This document shows, one piece after another, positions 41,249 through 51,825 of a DNA stretch of 64,000 nt. The notes beneath the pieces were generated by a model that ran no database searches, was not told the origin of the DNA, and saw nothing but the letters and a program-made list of their open reading frames with translations. Origin of the DNA: Eledone cirrhosa (taxonomy: Eukaryota); assembly GCA_964016885.1 (NCBI GenBank), contig OZ024743.1, forward strand, positions 48,174,001 to 48,238,000. Direction: 5' to 3'. Both the position numbers and the translations under genes were made by a program. Position 1 is the stretch's first letter, and every line of letters starts with the position of its first letter.

Positions 41249-41935
41249 AATAACAATAATTATAATAATAACAACAATAATAATATACATATATATATAT
41301 ATATACACACACACACACGCACACACATAAACATATCTATACACACACACACACACACACGATAGCAACTAACAGCGCTGTGATCGAATGTGGCTTTTTA
41401 GCCCAGCCAATGATCTAAAATGTCTTGCACAGAGTCGGCAACCAAAACATTCACTGGGAATAGCCGGCCATGGTTGGAGTTCATGTACTATTGCATGTCG
41501 CTTGAGCCCTCCTGCTGATTTACATTCTCTACCACATGTTTGGCAAGCATGATGAGTAGCATCTCCAACAGTAGCCTGGTAGTCAATCATGGTCTTACTT
41601 TATGACTGCGAAGATGACTTTCGAGTCCAGCTTTGCTTAGGCAGAGTCTCGCATAGATGCTGCATGTCAGCACCATAGAAGGACCCTCGCCGTCTGGAAG
41701 TGCAACAGCAATGCCCTTCCTCACATCCCGCCTTACTTTCTCGTATGCGATTTGAGATGCCTCAAAGGCAACTTTTCCCTCATATACAGTCTTTCTCCAT
41801 TTATTACGATCAGCAGCAATATTTTCCCATGTATCAGCAGAGATGTTAGCGTCTTTCAAAGAGGCTTTCAAGGAATCCTTATACCCCTTTTTTGGTTTAT
41901 GTGGCGGTCGTTTTCCTTTAACTAACTCTCCATAC
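41105..41935 (-). mobile_element. 3' end of an RTE (BovB-like) LINE with three C-terminal C2H2-like fingers; 3' UTR interrupted by microsatellites
   Basis: YGEL..GKR....PKK.YKDSLK...WE..A.DR.KWR, then C..YARLCLSKAGLESHLRSH, CQTCGRECKSAGGLKRHAIVH and CRLCARHFRSLAGLKSHIRS; tail ...GGCAGCCATC(ATGT)n at ~41105. Confidence 0.8.
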
Positions 41936-42705
41936 ATACATACATGGTGGCTGCCAACTCGTTTTCGAGTACGGCCACTACTTTATATCCATGTAGGAGA
42001 ACCCCTACTGATGCGCTGAACAAGTGTGACTTTTTAGTCCAGCCAGCGACATGAAATCTCTGGTACAAACACTACACTTGTGACAATTATTGACACACAG
42101 TGCTGGGCCCATGGTACCATGTGATGACAAGTGCAGAGAGATCTCCAGATACAAAGCAATGCCTGTGCCGTGAAGTTTTTATAGTGAGCAAAGGCACTGC
42201 ACAAAGCCAGTCCCACTCTCTTAACCAAGATGATATTTACCAAAAAGAAGAACAAGTCAACATCATTGGATACCATCAGAGTTGCAGGTGTTATATCAGA
42301 GTTTTCCTTCTCCTAGAATTCTGCCTTGACAAAGGCTAAGGGGTCATCTCTCCCGGTGATTTTGGATGGCCATTGACTCTTAAGAGTTCCTTTGCCCTTT
42401 GACAGGTTTTGTTTTTAGTCCTGCAGGATGTCCAAAGTCACCTTCCTGGGGTTGCCAGTTTAGTCGCCAACGACCCGACCATGAGACAGGTTGTACTGGG
42501 ATACATATATACATTATTTACTGAGAAATTGATATTTATCTTTTCTCCGAGATCAGTCAAGTTAATTAAACCAACCCACAAAGGTATAAGATATAATAGA
42601 AAGATTTTCACCGTCTATCTTAACATCCCTGAATAACATACAAAACACATTAATAAAATCATCTACAAGGTTTTAGAAAATTTGTTCTGTATATATATAT
42701 ATATA

Positions 42706-43055
42706 TGAAGGCACATGGCTTAGTGGTTAGAGCATTGGCCTTGCAATCGAAAGGTTGTGAGTTCAATTCTCAGACCGGGTGATGTGTTGTTTCCTTGAGC
42801 AAGACACTTTATTTCACATTGCTCCAGTTTACTCAGCTGTAGAAATGAGATGATAGGGACTGGGATCCATATCATTCCACTGCAAAGTGGTCGTGGAGGT
42901 GCCACGGCAAAAAAGCACCCAGCACTCACTGTAAATGAGGTTGGTGTTAGGAAGGGCATCCAGCTGTAGAAATCAAAGCCAGAATCAGTTCCCGTCCCAC
43001 CCTTGCAAGCAGGGAAAAGCGGACGTAAAATGAAATGATGATGATGATGATGATA
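42706..43055 (+). mobile_element. Full-length tRNA-derived CORE-type SINE with RTE-derived tail; copies at 16300-16613(-), 49135-49482(-), 49489-49665(+, deleted), 63418-63740(-), fragments ~630-745 and 26985-27146
   Basis: A box TGGCTTAGTGG and B box GAGTTCAATTC; CORE-like TCCTTGAGCAAGACACTT...CAGTTTACTCAGCTGTAGAAATG; 3' CCGTCCCACCCTTGCAAGCAGGGAAAAGCGGACGTAAAA(TGA)n. Confidence 0.8.
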
Positions 43056-43070
43056 TATATATATATATAT

Positions 43071-43548
43071 TAGAAAGTGAGGTTTTTTTACAAAATGAAA
43101 AATAACCGAGGTGTCCTACACGAGTGAAAGTGTAAAGAAAAAAAGATGAAATCGAAAATGCCACTGGAGTCTTATTCTAAAAAAATATATATATTTATTT
43201 GGTTCCTTTACCGGTTTCGCAGTTTTTCTGCTTATCAAAAGTAGAGTTGAGATGGAGGGTCTGTGGTTTTTCTCACATCTGGTAACGCGAACTGGCGCAA
43301 AATTTATTATACTTATTGACCAACCAATCAAATTACTTCTCTAAAAACCTAGCGTTTCGAGCCACTTTTTTCCATATAAAACAAGTAACATTCTAAGACC
43401 AACCAGATGTGAGAAAAACTACAGACCCTCCATCTCAACTCTACTTTTGAAAAGCAGAAGAACTGCGAAACCGGTAAAGGAACCAAATAAATATAAAAAT
43501 ATTTTTTTAAATAAGACTCCAGTTGCGTTTTCTATTTCATCTTTTTTT

Positions 43549-43553
<5 letters not shown>
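43071..43553. repeat. Fold-back element with ~150-bp inverted arms (43133-43281 / 43403-43552); related rearranged copy at 879-1130
   Basis: The arms are reverse complements by inspection; both copies lie in (TA)n. Confidence 0.85.
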
Positions 43554-43607
<54 letters not shown>

Positions 43608-43719
43608 TGTATATATAATGTATTTTGCAATACACTACTCTAAAACAATAGCATACGGTCTTCAAAATGCTTTTAATTAAGCATAAAGTGTATAATATAT
43701 TGCTATTTCAGAGCTCCAA

Positions 43720-43762
<43 letters not shown>

Positions 43763-43825
43763 TGCAGTAATATATATATATATACCACAACCCACCCACT
43801 CCTGTCAACATAGCACATCCAGCCC

Positions 43826-44604
43826 ACACTGTAAAGTGTTCATGTAGGAGTCATGACAAAAAGCACCCAGCCCACACTGTAAAGTGGTCATGTAAGAGTC
43901 ACAACAAAAAGCACCCAGCACTCACTGTAAAGTGGTCATGTAGGAGTCACGACAAAAAGCACCCAGCCCACACTGTAAAGTGGTCATGTAGGAATCACAG
44001 CAAAAAGCACCCAGCACTCACTGTAAAGTGGTCATGTAGGAGTTACGACAAAAAGCACCCAGCCCACACTGTAAAGTGGTCATGTAGGAGTCACGACAAA
44101 AAGCACCCATCCCACACTGTAAAGTGGTCATGTAGGAGTCACGACAAAAAGCACCCATCCCACACTGTAAAGTGGTCATGTAGGAGTCATGACAAAAAGC
44201 ACCCAGCACTCACTGTAAAGTGGTCATGTAGGACTCACGACAAAAAGCACCCATCCCACACTGTAAAGTGGTCATGTAGGAGTCATGACAAAAAGCACCC
44301 ATCCCACACTGTAAAGTGGTCATGTAGGAGTCACGACAAAAAGCACCCATCCCACACTGTAAAGTGGTCATGTAGGAGTCATGACAAAAAGCACCCAGCA
44401 CTCACTGTAAAGTGGTCATGTAGGACTCACGACAAAAAGCACCCAGCCCACACTGTAAAGTGGTCATGTAGGAGTCATGACAAAAAGCACCCAGCACTCA
44501 CTGTAAAGTGATCATGTAGGACTCACGACAAAAAGCACCCATCCCACACTGTAAAGTGGTCATGTAGGAGTCACAGCAAAAAGCACCCAGCACTCACAGT
44601 AAAT
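43826..44604 (+). repeat. 48-bp minisatellite (~16 copies) inside an RTE-type 3' UTR that ends at ~44766
   Basis: Unit CACTGTAAAGTGGTCATGTAGGAGTCACGACAAAAAGCACCCAGCCCA, followed by GGTTGGCGTTAGGAAGGGCATCC and a (GAT)n tail. Confidence 0.95.
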
Positions 44605-45044
44605 GTGGTTGGCGTTAGGAAGGGCATCCAGCCATAGAAATCTACCCAGAAACAGTTCTATATGAGCAATGAGCAAGACATGGTCACCTGACCCAACTTG
44701 CCTCTAATGGGACAACCTGTCTAACCCATGCTAGCATGGAAAATGGATGTTAAACGATGATGATGATATATATATATATATACATACATATATATTTATG
44801 TGTGTGTTAGCACGTGTATGTGTGTGTTAGCATATGTGTGTGTGTCTTAGCATGTGTATGTGTATGTTAGCATGTGTATGTGTGTGTTAGCATATGTATG
44901 TGTGTGTTAGCATGTGTATGTGTGTATGTATACATGACAATTATCAATCACTCAATGAAACCTTTTTGTTTAGAATAAATGAGCCCTGAAATGTGTGGCC
45001 ATTCATGTGTGTGTGTGTGTGTACATGAGTGTGTATGTATGTAT

Positions 45045-45470
45045 GCTCCACCATCAGGTCCAGGCTGCAGCCACTCAGGACCCTCACAAGCCGACTGGGC
45101 TTGATTGACGGCCACCCAGCCCTCTTCCTGTTGAGGAACTGCTTCGCTGTGCCAAAGCTCCTCTATACCCTTCACAGCTCTCCATGCTACAGCTACGCAT
45201 CTCTCCTCACTGACCTCAATACTTGTAGCAGCAGCTGAGAAGATATGCAACGTCAAGTTTGACGACATTGGATAGCAACAGGGCACCTTATCTGTTAGAT
45301 ATGGTGGCCTTGGCTTCCGGTCCTCGATCTTCCTGGCTTTGCCGGCATTTCCTTTGTCGGTAGCCTCATGCTTCATCCTCGTCAGCAGGGTTATCCAAAA
45401 CACAATGGAACCCTCTATGATCGAGGAACGTGAGGGCGCCTGCGAGACATGGGACTGGCTGGGACTTAGC
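45045..45470 (+). mobile_element. Decayed CRE-like non-LTR retrotransposon fragment (post-RT region)
   Basis: HPALFLLRNCFAVPKLLYTL.SSP and LSVRYGGLGFRS....ALPAF, typical of CRE-type RLE elements. Confidence 0.65.
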
Positions 45471-45805
45471 CTAGTAAACGTCCCTCCTCCTTCTCCACCC
45501 ATCCTCAAAATAACCACCTTCCCCAACCACCAGAAAACATATAAATACAACCGTTTTACAAGGACAGTTGGCTTTCCTGATGATTTCTTTTGAATGTAAT
45601 AGTTCTAGTCCAGTAGAAGCCATTTCTATATTAAACTTGATGTTTACACTCTACTAATGTATTGAGTACCTTACTTACTGTGGTTACCCCCGATTGAACC
45701 CGGGACTCACACACACACACACACACATTAAGTAAGATACTCAACACATTAGTAGAGTATATACAAAATTGAATGAAACAGTTCTAGTCTTGTAGAAGCC
45801 TTTTT

Positions 45806-45836
<31 letters not shown>

Positions 45837-45909
45837 GTCCCACCCTTGCAAGCAGGGAAAAGCGGACGTAAATTGATGAGGATGATGATGATGATGATGA
45901 TATATATAT

Positions 45910-45942
<33 letters not shown>

Positions 45943-46560
45943 GATTAACATCTATCTTCCACGCTAGCATGGGTTAGATGGGTTTGTCCCATTTAGAGGT
46001 AAGTTGGGTCAAGTGACCTTGTCTCGCTCATATAGGAGTGTTTCTGGCTAGTTTTCTATGGCTGGATGCCCTTCCTAAGGCCAACCATATTGACAGTGTG
46101 GACTGGGCACTTTTTGTCGTGACACCTACAAGACCACTTTACAGTGGGGACTGGGCACCTGTGTCATGTGACCAACATGACCACTTTACAGTGGGGCCTG
46201 TGCACTTTTGTCTTTGGACTAGGGAGGAGGGAGGAAGGTTGAGGGAAATGTGGACAGGGTAATAGGGGAGGTACGGTTACTGCTAAGGGAGGTGAATGAG
46301 AGGGGATAGAAGGTTGAGGAAGGTGTTGCCTATTAGGTATAAGCCTCAGCCTGAGAATAATAGAGGGTGGGTCTTCTGTAAAACTGCATAGCGCCAGATG
46401 TCGCAGTCCTGTGCCATTGCTTTTGAGAGGTGTAATTGTGCAAGCACTGCTTTTATTACCTCATTCCAAGTCTTCATAGGCCTGCCCACACCACAGCTAC
46501 CATCGACTTTGAGCACTCTGCACCTTATTATACAGCTGTCATCCTTCATATGCATCACAT
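45910..46560 (-). mobile_element. Diverged RTE 3' end
   Basis: C-terminus MKDDSCI.RC..LKVDGSCGVGRPMKTWNEVI, 3' UTR with GGATGCCCTTCC, and (GAT)n tail. Confidence 0.8.
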
Positions 46561-46804
46561 GTCCTATTTATATATATATATAGTAATAATAATAAATTTG
46601 AAGACTAAAATCCAAAGAGGGCTCGATAAGGATAAATATATATCAAATATATAAGAACCGTAGAGCAAATATTTATTAAAATAACAGATTAAAGTTTAAG
46701 CAAAGAATCGCTGCTTTCAGAAGATCCCGTTAAGGGTGAAAGTAGCAATTCTTTGCTTAAACTTTAATCTGTTATTTTAATAAATATATATATATATATA
46801 TATA

Positions 46805-48492
46805 TCATCATCATCATCATCATCAACGTTTAACGTCCGTGTTCCACGCTTGCATGGGTTTGGACGGGGGTAGTCCCACTTGAGGCAAGAGTGATTGTCT
46901 TGCTCGCATAGGACTGTCTGGCAGGTTTTCTACAGTTGGATGCCCTTCCTAACACCAACCACATTTACAGTGTGGGTCTGGGAGGTTTTTACCGTGTTGC
47001 CTACACGGCCACATTACAGCGTGGACTGTGTGTTTTTTTGTCGTGACACCTACACGATCTCATTTGTTTCGGCCTCGATGGCGCGGCACCAACATAACTT
47101 TACATAGAACGGGGTGGTGTGGATCGGGTGGGGGTGGTGGTGGTGGGACGGGGTTTACTATATATTTAGGTAAGGCGGGTCTTCTCTGTTACTGAGTACC
47201 GCCAAAGGTCTCGGTCCAGTGACATTGTCTTGGAGAGGTGTAAGTGTGTGATGTCGGAGTTTATCAGCTCGTCCCAGGTTTTTCTAGGTCTGCCTATTCC
47301 GTGACTACCGTCTATCTTTATTGCCCTGCACTTTGTTATACAGCTATCGACTTTCATGCGCATCACGTGTCCATACCAACGTAGCCTTCTCTCGAGTAAA
47401 CAACATCTGATCCCTCTTATCTCTAATTTTTTCCTTAGTTCGTTTATGCTTTGCCGTTCACGTATATTACTGTTACACATCCAGCGGAGCATGCAAGCTT
47501 CGTTCCTCTCTAGTCTGCGTATATCCTCTGCACACAATGCCCAGGTCTCACTGCCATGCAGCATTGCTGTTCGTATGCAGGCATCGTACAACCTGCCTTT
47601 CATTTTTAGTGAGAACCCTTTAGCAGCTAATAGTGGTATAAGCTCTCTGAACTTTTTCCAACCAGTTCTGACTCTAGCTACAGTACTTTCAGAGCACCCT
47701 CCCCCACTGCTGATTTTATCGCCCAGGTAACGGAAGCTGTCCACTATTTCTATAGAACCCTCTGCGCAATTGAAGGAGCTAGTAGTTTGTGGGCACTTGC
47801 TGCTACTTATTGCACCAGAGCACCGGCCACATGTAAAATCTATGTTCTTAGTTAGCTTACCTGTGATCCCACTACATCTTTTATGCACCCATACTTTGCA
47901 TTTAGGACATAAAATGGAGTTTCTACCTACGCCTTTCCTACACACCGAGCACGACCATTTCCCAGAAGGGACCGCCGCCTTGTTTTCTTTCCTACAAACT
48001 AGTACTTTGGTCTTAGCCAGGTTAATTTTAAGTCCTTTTGACTCTAGGCCGTGCTTCCATGTTTGGAATTTCTTCTCTAGCTCGGCCATTGATTCCGCTA
48101 TGAGTGTCAGGTCGTCTGCGTATAGGAGTTCCCATGGGCAGCCTGTCTTGAACTCCTCTGTTATAGCCTGAAGGGCAATAATAAATAGTAGTGGACTGAG
48201 AACAGAGCCCTGATGGACGCCAACTTTTACGCTAAACTCTTCACTATATTCGTTGTTAATTCTAACCTTGCTGACTGTTTCTTTATACATGGCTTGTATA
48301 GCCCTCACAAGCCATTCGTCAACGCCTAGTTTTCTAAGAGCCCACCAGATAATGGAGCGGGGGACTCTGTCGAAGGCTTTCTCCAAGTCGACAAAAGCTA
48401 AGTAGAGGGGTTTACCTTTAGCTAGGTACTTCTCCTGTAGTTGTCGTACTATGAAAAGAGCGTCTGTGGTACTTTTGCCTGACACAAACCCG
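46805..48492 (-). mobile_element. 5'-truncated copy of the same RTE family with an uninterrupted 439-aa RT/C-terminal frame
   Basis: ORF 48485-47166 is near-identical to the 17-20 kb element, with intact GCPWELLYADD, the same 3' UTR and a (GAT)n tail. Confidence 0.95.
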
Positions 48493-48570
48493 AGTAATAA
48501 TTATAAATTTGAAGACTAAAATCCAAAGAGGGCTCGATAAGGATAAATATATATAAAATATATAAGAATA

Positions 48571-49123
48571 TAAGTATGTATACGTACATACATATATGTA
48601 TACAGACGTACAGTAGTATGTATATATATATACATACATGCACACATATATATATGTACGTATGGATTCACCAAACATTTATTATAATGCTCGGTGTGTT
48701 TGTAAACAAACATCCCGTATTAAGCCGTAGTGGCTAGCAACCACCGTTGCTCGTTTGTTCAACACTGACAAAGGAACGCTGTACTAGTTTCAAGCTTGTT
48801 AGCTATCGTCAGCAACGTATTCCTGCCAGATAGTTGAACATCCGAAAGTATATACTTTCCTTATGCATATTAACGGCTGAGTAGCCCAATTTGCATATCG
48901 AGTGGGTTAATCGGCCGGGTGCACTGAAAACGATAAACGGAAAAAATGAAACGAAATTTCATTTCCCACTCTTAGTACGGCTGTTACTTAAATATAAGTA
49001 TGTATACGTTCATACATATATGTATACAGACGTACAGTAGTATGTATATATATATATACATACATGCACACGTATATATATATATGTACGTATGGATTCA
49101 CCAAACATTTATTATAATGCTCG
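48571..49123 (-). mobile_element. Hammerhead-bearing ~425-bp non-coding repeat, ~1.3 units in tandem; other copies at 20677-21087(-) and 1-210(+, ribozyme just outside the window)
   Basis: 48571-48693 is repeated at 48995-49123; 1-210 is the reverse complement of ~48571-48779. Confidence 0.7.
48776..48818 (-). ncRNA. Minimal type I hammerhead ribozyme motif (second copy)
   Basis: Minus strand: ACGUUG CUGACGA U-AGCU-AACA-AGCU-U GAAAC UA GUA^ CAGCGU. Core identical to the 20947 copy; the stem I wobble pair is flipped. Confidence 0.75.
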
Positions 49124-49731
49124 ATATATATATAATCATTTCATCATTTCATTTTACGACCACTTTTCCCTGCTTGCAAGGGTGGGACGGGAACTGATTC
49201 TGGCTTGATTTATACAGCTGGATGCCCTTCCTAACACCAACCTCATTTACAGTGATGGGTGTTACTGGGTGCTTTTTTGCCATGGCACCTCCACGACCAC
49301 TCTGCAGTGGAATGATAGGGACCTCAGTCCCTATCATCTCATTTCTACAGCTGAGTAAACTGGAGCAATGTGAAATAAAGTGTCTTGCTCAAGGAAACAA
49401 TACATCACCCGGTCTCTGAGAATTGAACTCACAACCTTTTGATTGCAAGGCCAATGCTCTAACCACTAAGCCATGTGCCTCCATATATATGGAGGCACAT
49501 GGCTTAGTGGTTAGAGCATTGCCTTGTAGGTGCCACGGCAAAAAAGCACCCAGCACTCACTGAAAATGAGGTTGGTGTTAGGAAGGGCATCCAGCTGTAG
49601 AAATCAAGCCAGAATCAGTTCCCGTCCCACTCTTGCAAGCAGGGAAAAGCGGATGTAAAATGAAATGTATGTATGTATGTAAGTAGGTATGTATGTATGT
49701 ATGTATGTATGTATGTGTGTGTGTGTATGTG

Positions 49732-49798
<67 letters not shown>

Positions 49799-49958
49799 GT
49801 ATAAAATCAAAAGATGGTTAAAAGAGTTCCATGTATTTTATCTTTTGATTTTATCTTTTGATTTTATATTATTTATACTCCAGTCCTATAAACTGTTGAG
49901 TGCTACTTATCCGATATTTGCATTGGTTTATTGTGCTACAATAAAACTCACCTCCTAC

Positions 49959-49992
<34 letters not shown>

Positions 49993-50284
49993 AATTACAC
50001 TTTCATTTAATTAATCCTCTTTCTTTAATAGCTAATGGATCCTCTTGATTGATGTTGTGAGGTGATGATGATTGAGTTGGTTACATGGATCAATAATACA
50101 GAACAGGCACAAAGATAATTAAAATAAATATTGTTTATCAATAAAAGGATAATTATGTGGAGATATAAATCAATTGTCTGTGAGGTTGATTTTATCCTTC
50201 CTGAGTCGATAAAATAATGTGAAATACTGAGGATCAACATAATTGAATTTCCTCTCCTTAGATTGCAGACCTTGTACCTAGATT

Positions 50285-50805
50285 AAAGGTTGGCAGTATC
50301 GGTAGAGGGTCGGACGCCATGCTTTCCAGCATAGTTATGGCCCTTTACGATCTGAGTTCAAATCCCGCCGAGGTTGACTTTGCCTTTCATCCTTATGGGG
50401 TCGATAAAATAAAGTACCAGTAATGCACTGGGTAATTGCTGGCCTTGTGCCTAAAGTAGAAACAATTATTATTATTATCATAGGGTGGTGGATTGGCAGT
50501 ATGGTAGAGGATCAGATGCCATGCTTTACAGCATAGTTACGTCCCTTTAGAGTCTGAGTTCAAATCCTGCCAAGGTTAACTTTGCCTTCATCCTTACGGG
50601 GTCGATAAAATAAAGTACCAGTAACATACTGGGATAATTGCTGGCCTTGTGCCAAAAGTAGAAAAAATTATTATTATTATTATCATTATTAGGGGTGGTG
50701 GATTGACAGAATCGGTATAGCGTTGGACACCATGTTTTGCAGCACAGAGTTACAGTCCTTTATATTCTGAGTTCAAATCCCGCCAAGGTTATCTTTGCTT
50801 TTCAT
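50285..50805 (+). mobile_element. Three tandem tRNA-derived Nin/Deu-domain SINEs; ~20 copies in the window (e.g. 1605-1920, 13205-13340, 13780-13925, 15085-15265, 21945-22100, 24940-25255, 30515-30820, 50895-51045, 53995-54720, 56060-56245)
   Basis: A box TTGGCAGTATCGGTAG and B box GAGTTCAAATC; central TTTGCCTTTCATCCTTACGGGGTCGATAAAATAAAGTACC (Nin/Deu-like core); (ATT)n tail. Confidence 0.8.
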
Positions 50806-51119
50806 CAAGGATAAAAAGTGACAAGGTGAAAGAAGTGATGGAAATAAATATGAAAGGAAGTAGAGGAAGGGGCAGACCAAGAAAGACATGATTAAAAATA
50901 ATTGTTCCTACTTATGGCACAAGGCCAGCAATTACCCAGTGCATTACTGGTACTTTATTTTATCGACCCCGTAAGGATGAAAGGCAAAGTTAACCTGGGC
51001 GGGATTTGAACTCAGATCGTAAATGGACGTAACTATGCTGGAAAATGGAGGAGGAAATAAAAGCCAAAGTGTTGGTGAGGGAGGATGTTGAGTAGTGGCA
51101 ATAGATTAGGATTTCCTAC

Positions 51120-51800
51120 ACTGACCCACACCAACAATGTTAACCCTTTCGCATTTACATTATTCTATATATACTATTGTATTTTTGTGGTAAAGGCTTT
51201 ATTTTACATAATTATCTCACATAATATTGAATCTACAAGATTTTGATGTTATTTATCTTGAGAACAATACCTTAATGTCAGTACAAGCGGTTGGTTACGA
51301 CTGGTTTGAACAGAAAGAGGTGAGAGAATTATGGCTGGATACAGCCGGTTTAAATGCTAAAGGGTTAACAAAGTTGTTAATCATTCTCTGACGATCCTCA
51401 TGTATAAGTTGCCTAATTTTTTCAACATTAACAGGATTGATTCTCATCAAAGATCATCGCACTCGTGCCACTTGAGACATTGCAAATGACCTCATGTCCT
51501 CATGGCCATACATTAGTTGAAGCTTGACCAATGTCTCTGTGACTGATTTTCCAAGTTTAACGCAAAATTTCACGCTCGCTCTTTGTTCCAACTAGATGTC
51601 CATGGTGTAATTGTAGATTTTTACACGGCCATGATCAGAAAAAACATCAATTTAACAGCTCATGATGTAAACACAACAATGTCACTTGGTACACTGACTT
51701 ATGACAGTTACAGCTAACTATCACTGTGGGCGTAACCCTCTGCTACCATCTGTTGGTACGCTACAGAGCTAACCCGGGAACTTTGTAATACCACCTCATA
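51120..51800 (-). mobile_element. 5' fragment of the same mariner family, interrupted by a piggyBac-type MITE (51140-51368)
   Basis: 51369-51800 aligns by eye with 59497-59969; the flank ACAATGTTAA|CAAAGTTG matches the uninterrupted site near 59490. Confidence 0.8.
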
Positions 51801-51825
51801 TGTATATATATATATATATATATAA

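Noticed and set aside
42709-42780. tRNA-like sequence (also ~29265-29325 and the Nin-SINE heads)
   Set aside because: These are SINE heads or degenerate pieces without a full cloverleaf; not called as tRNA genes.
43826-44604. Regular 48-bp periodicity resembling a CRISPR array
   Set aside because: Whole units repeat with no unique spacers, there are no cas genes, and the context is eukaryotic; it is a minisatellite.
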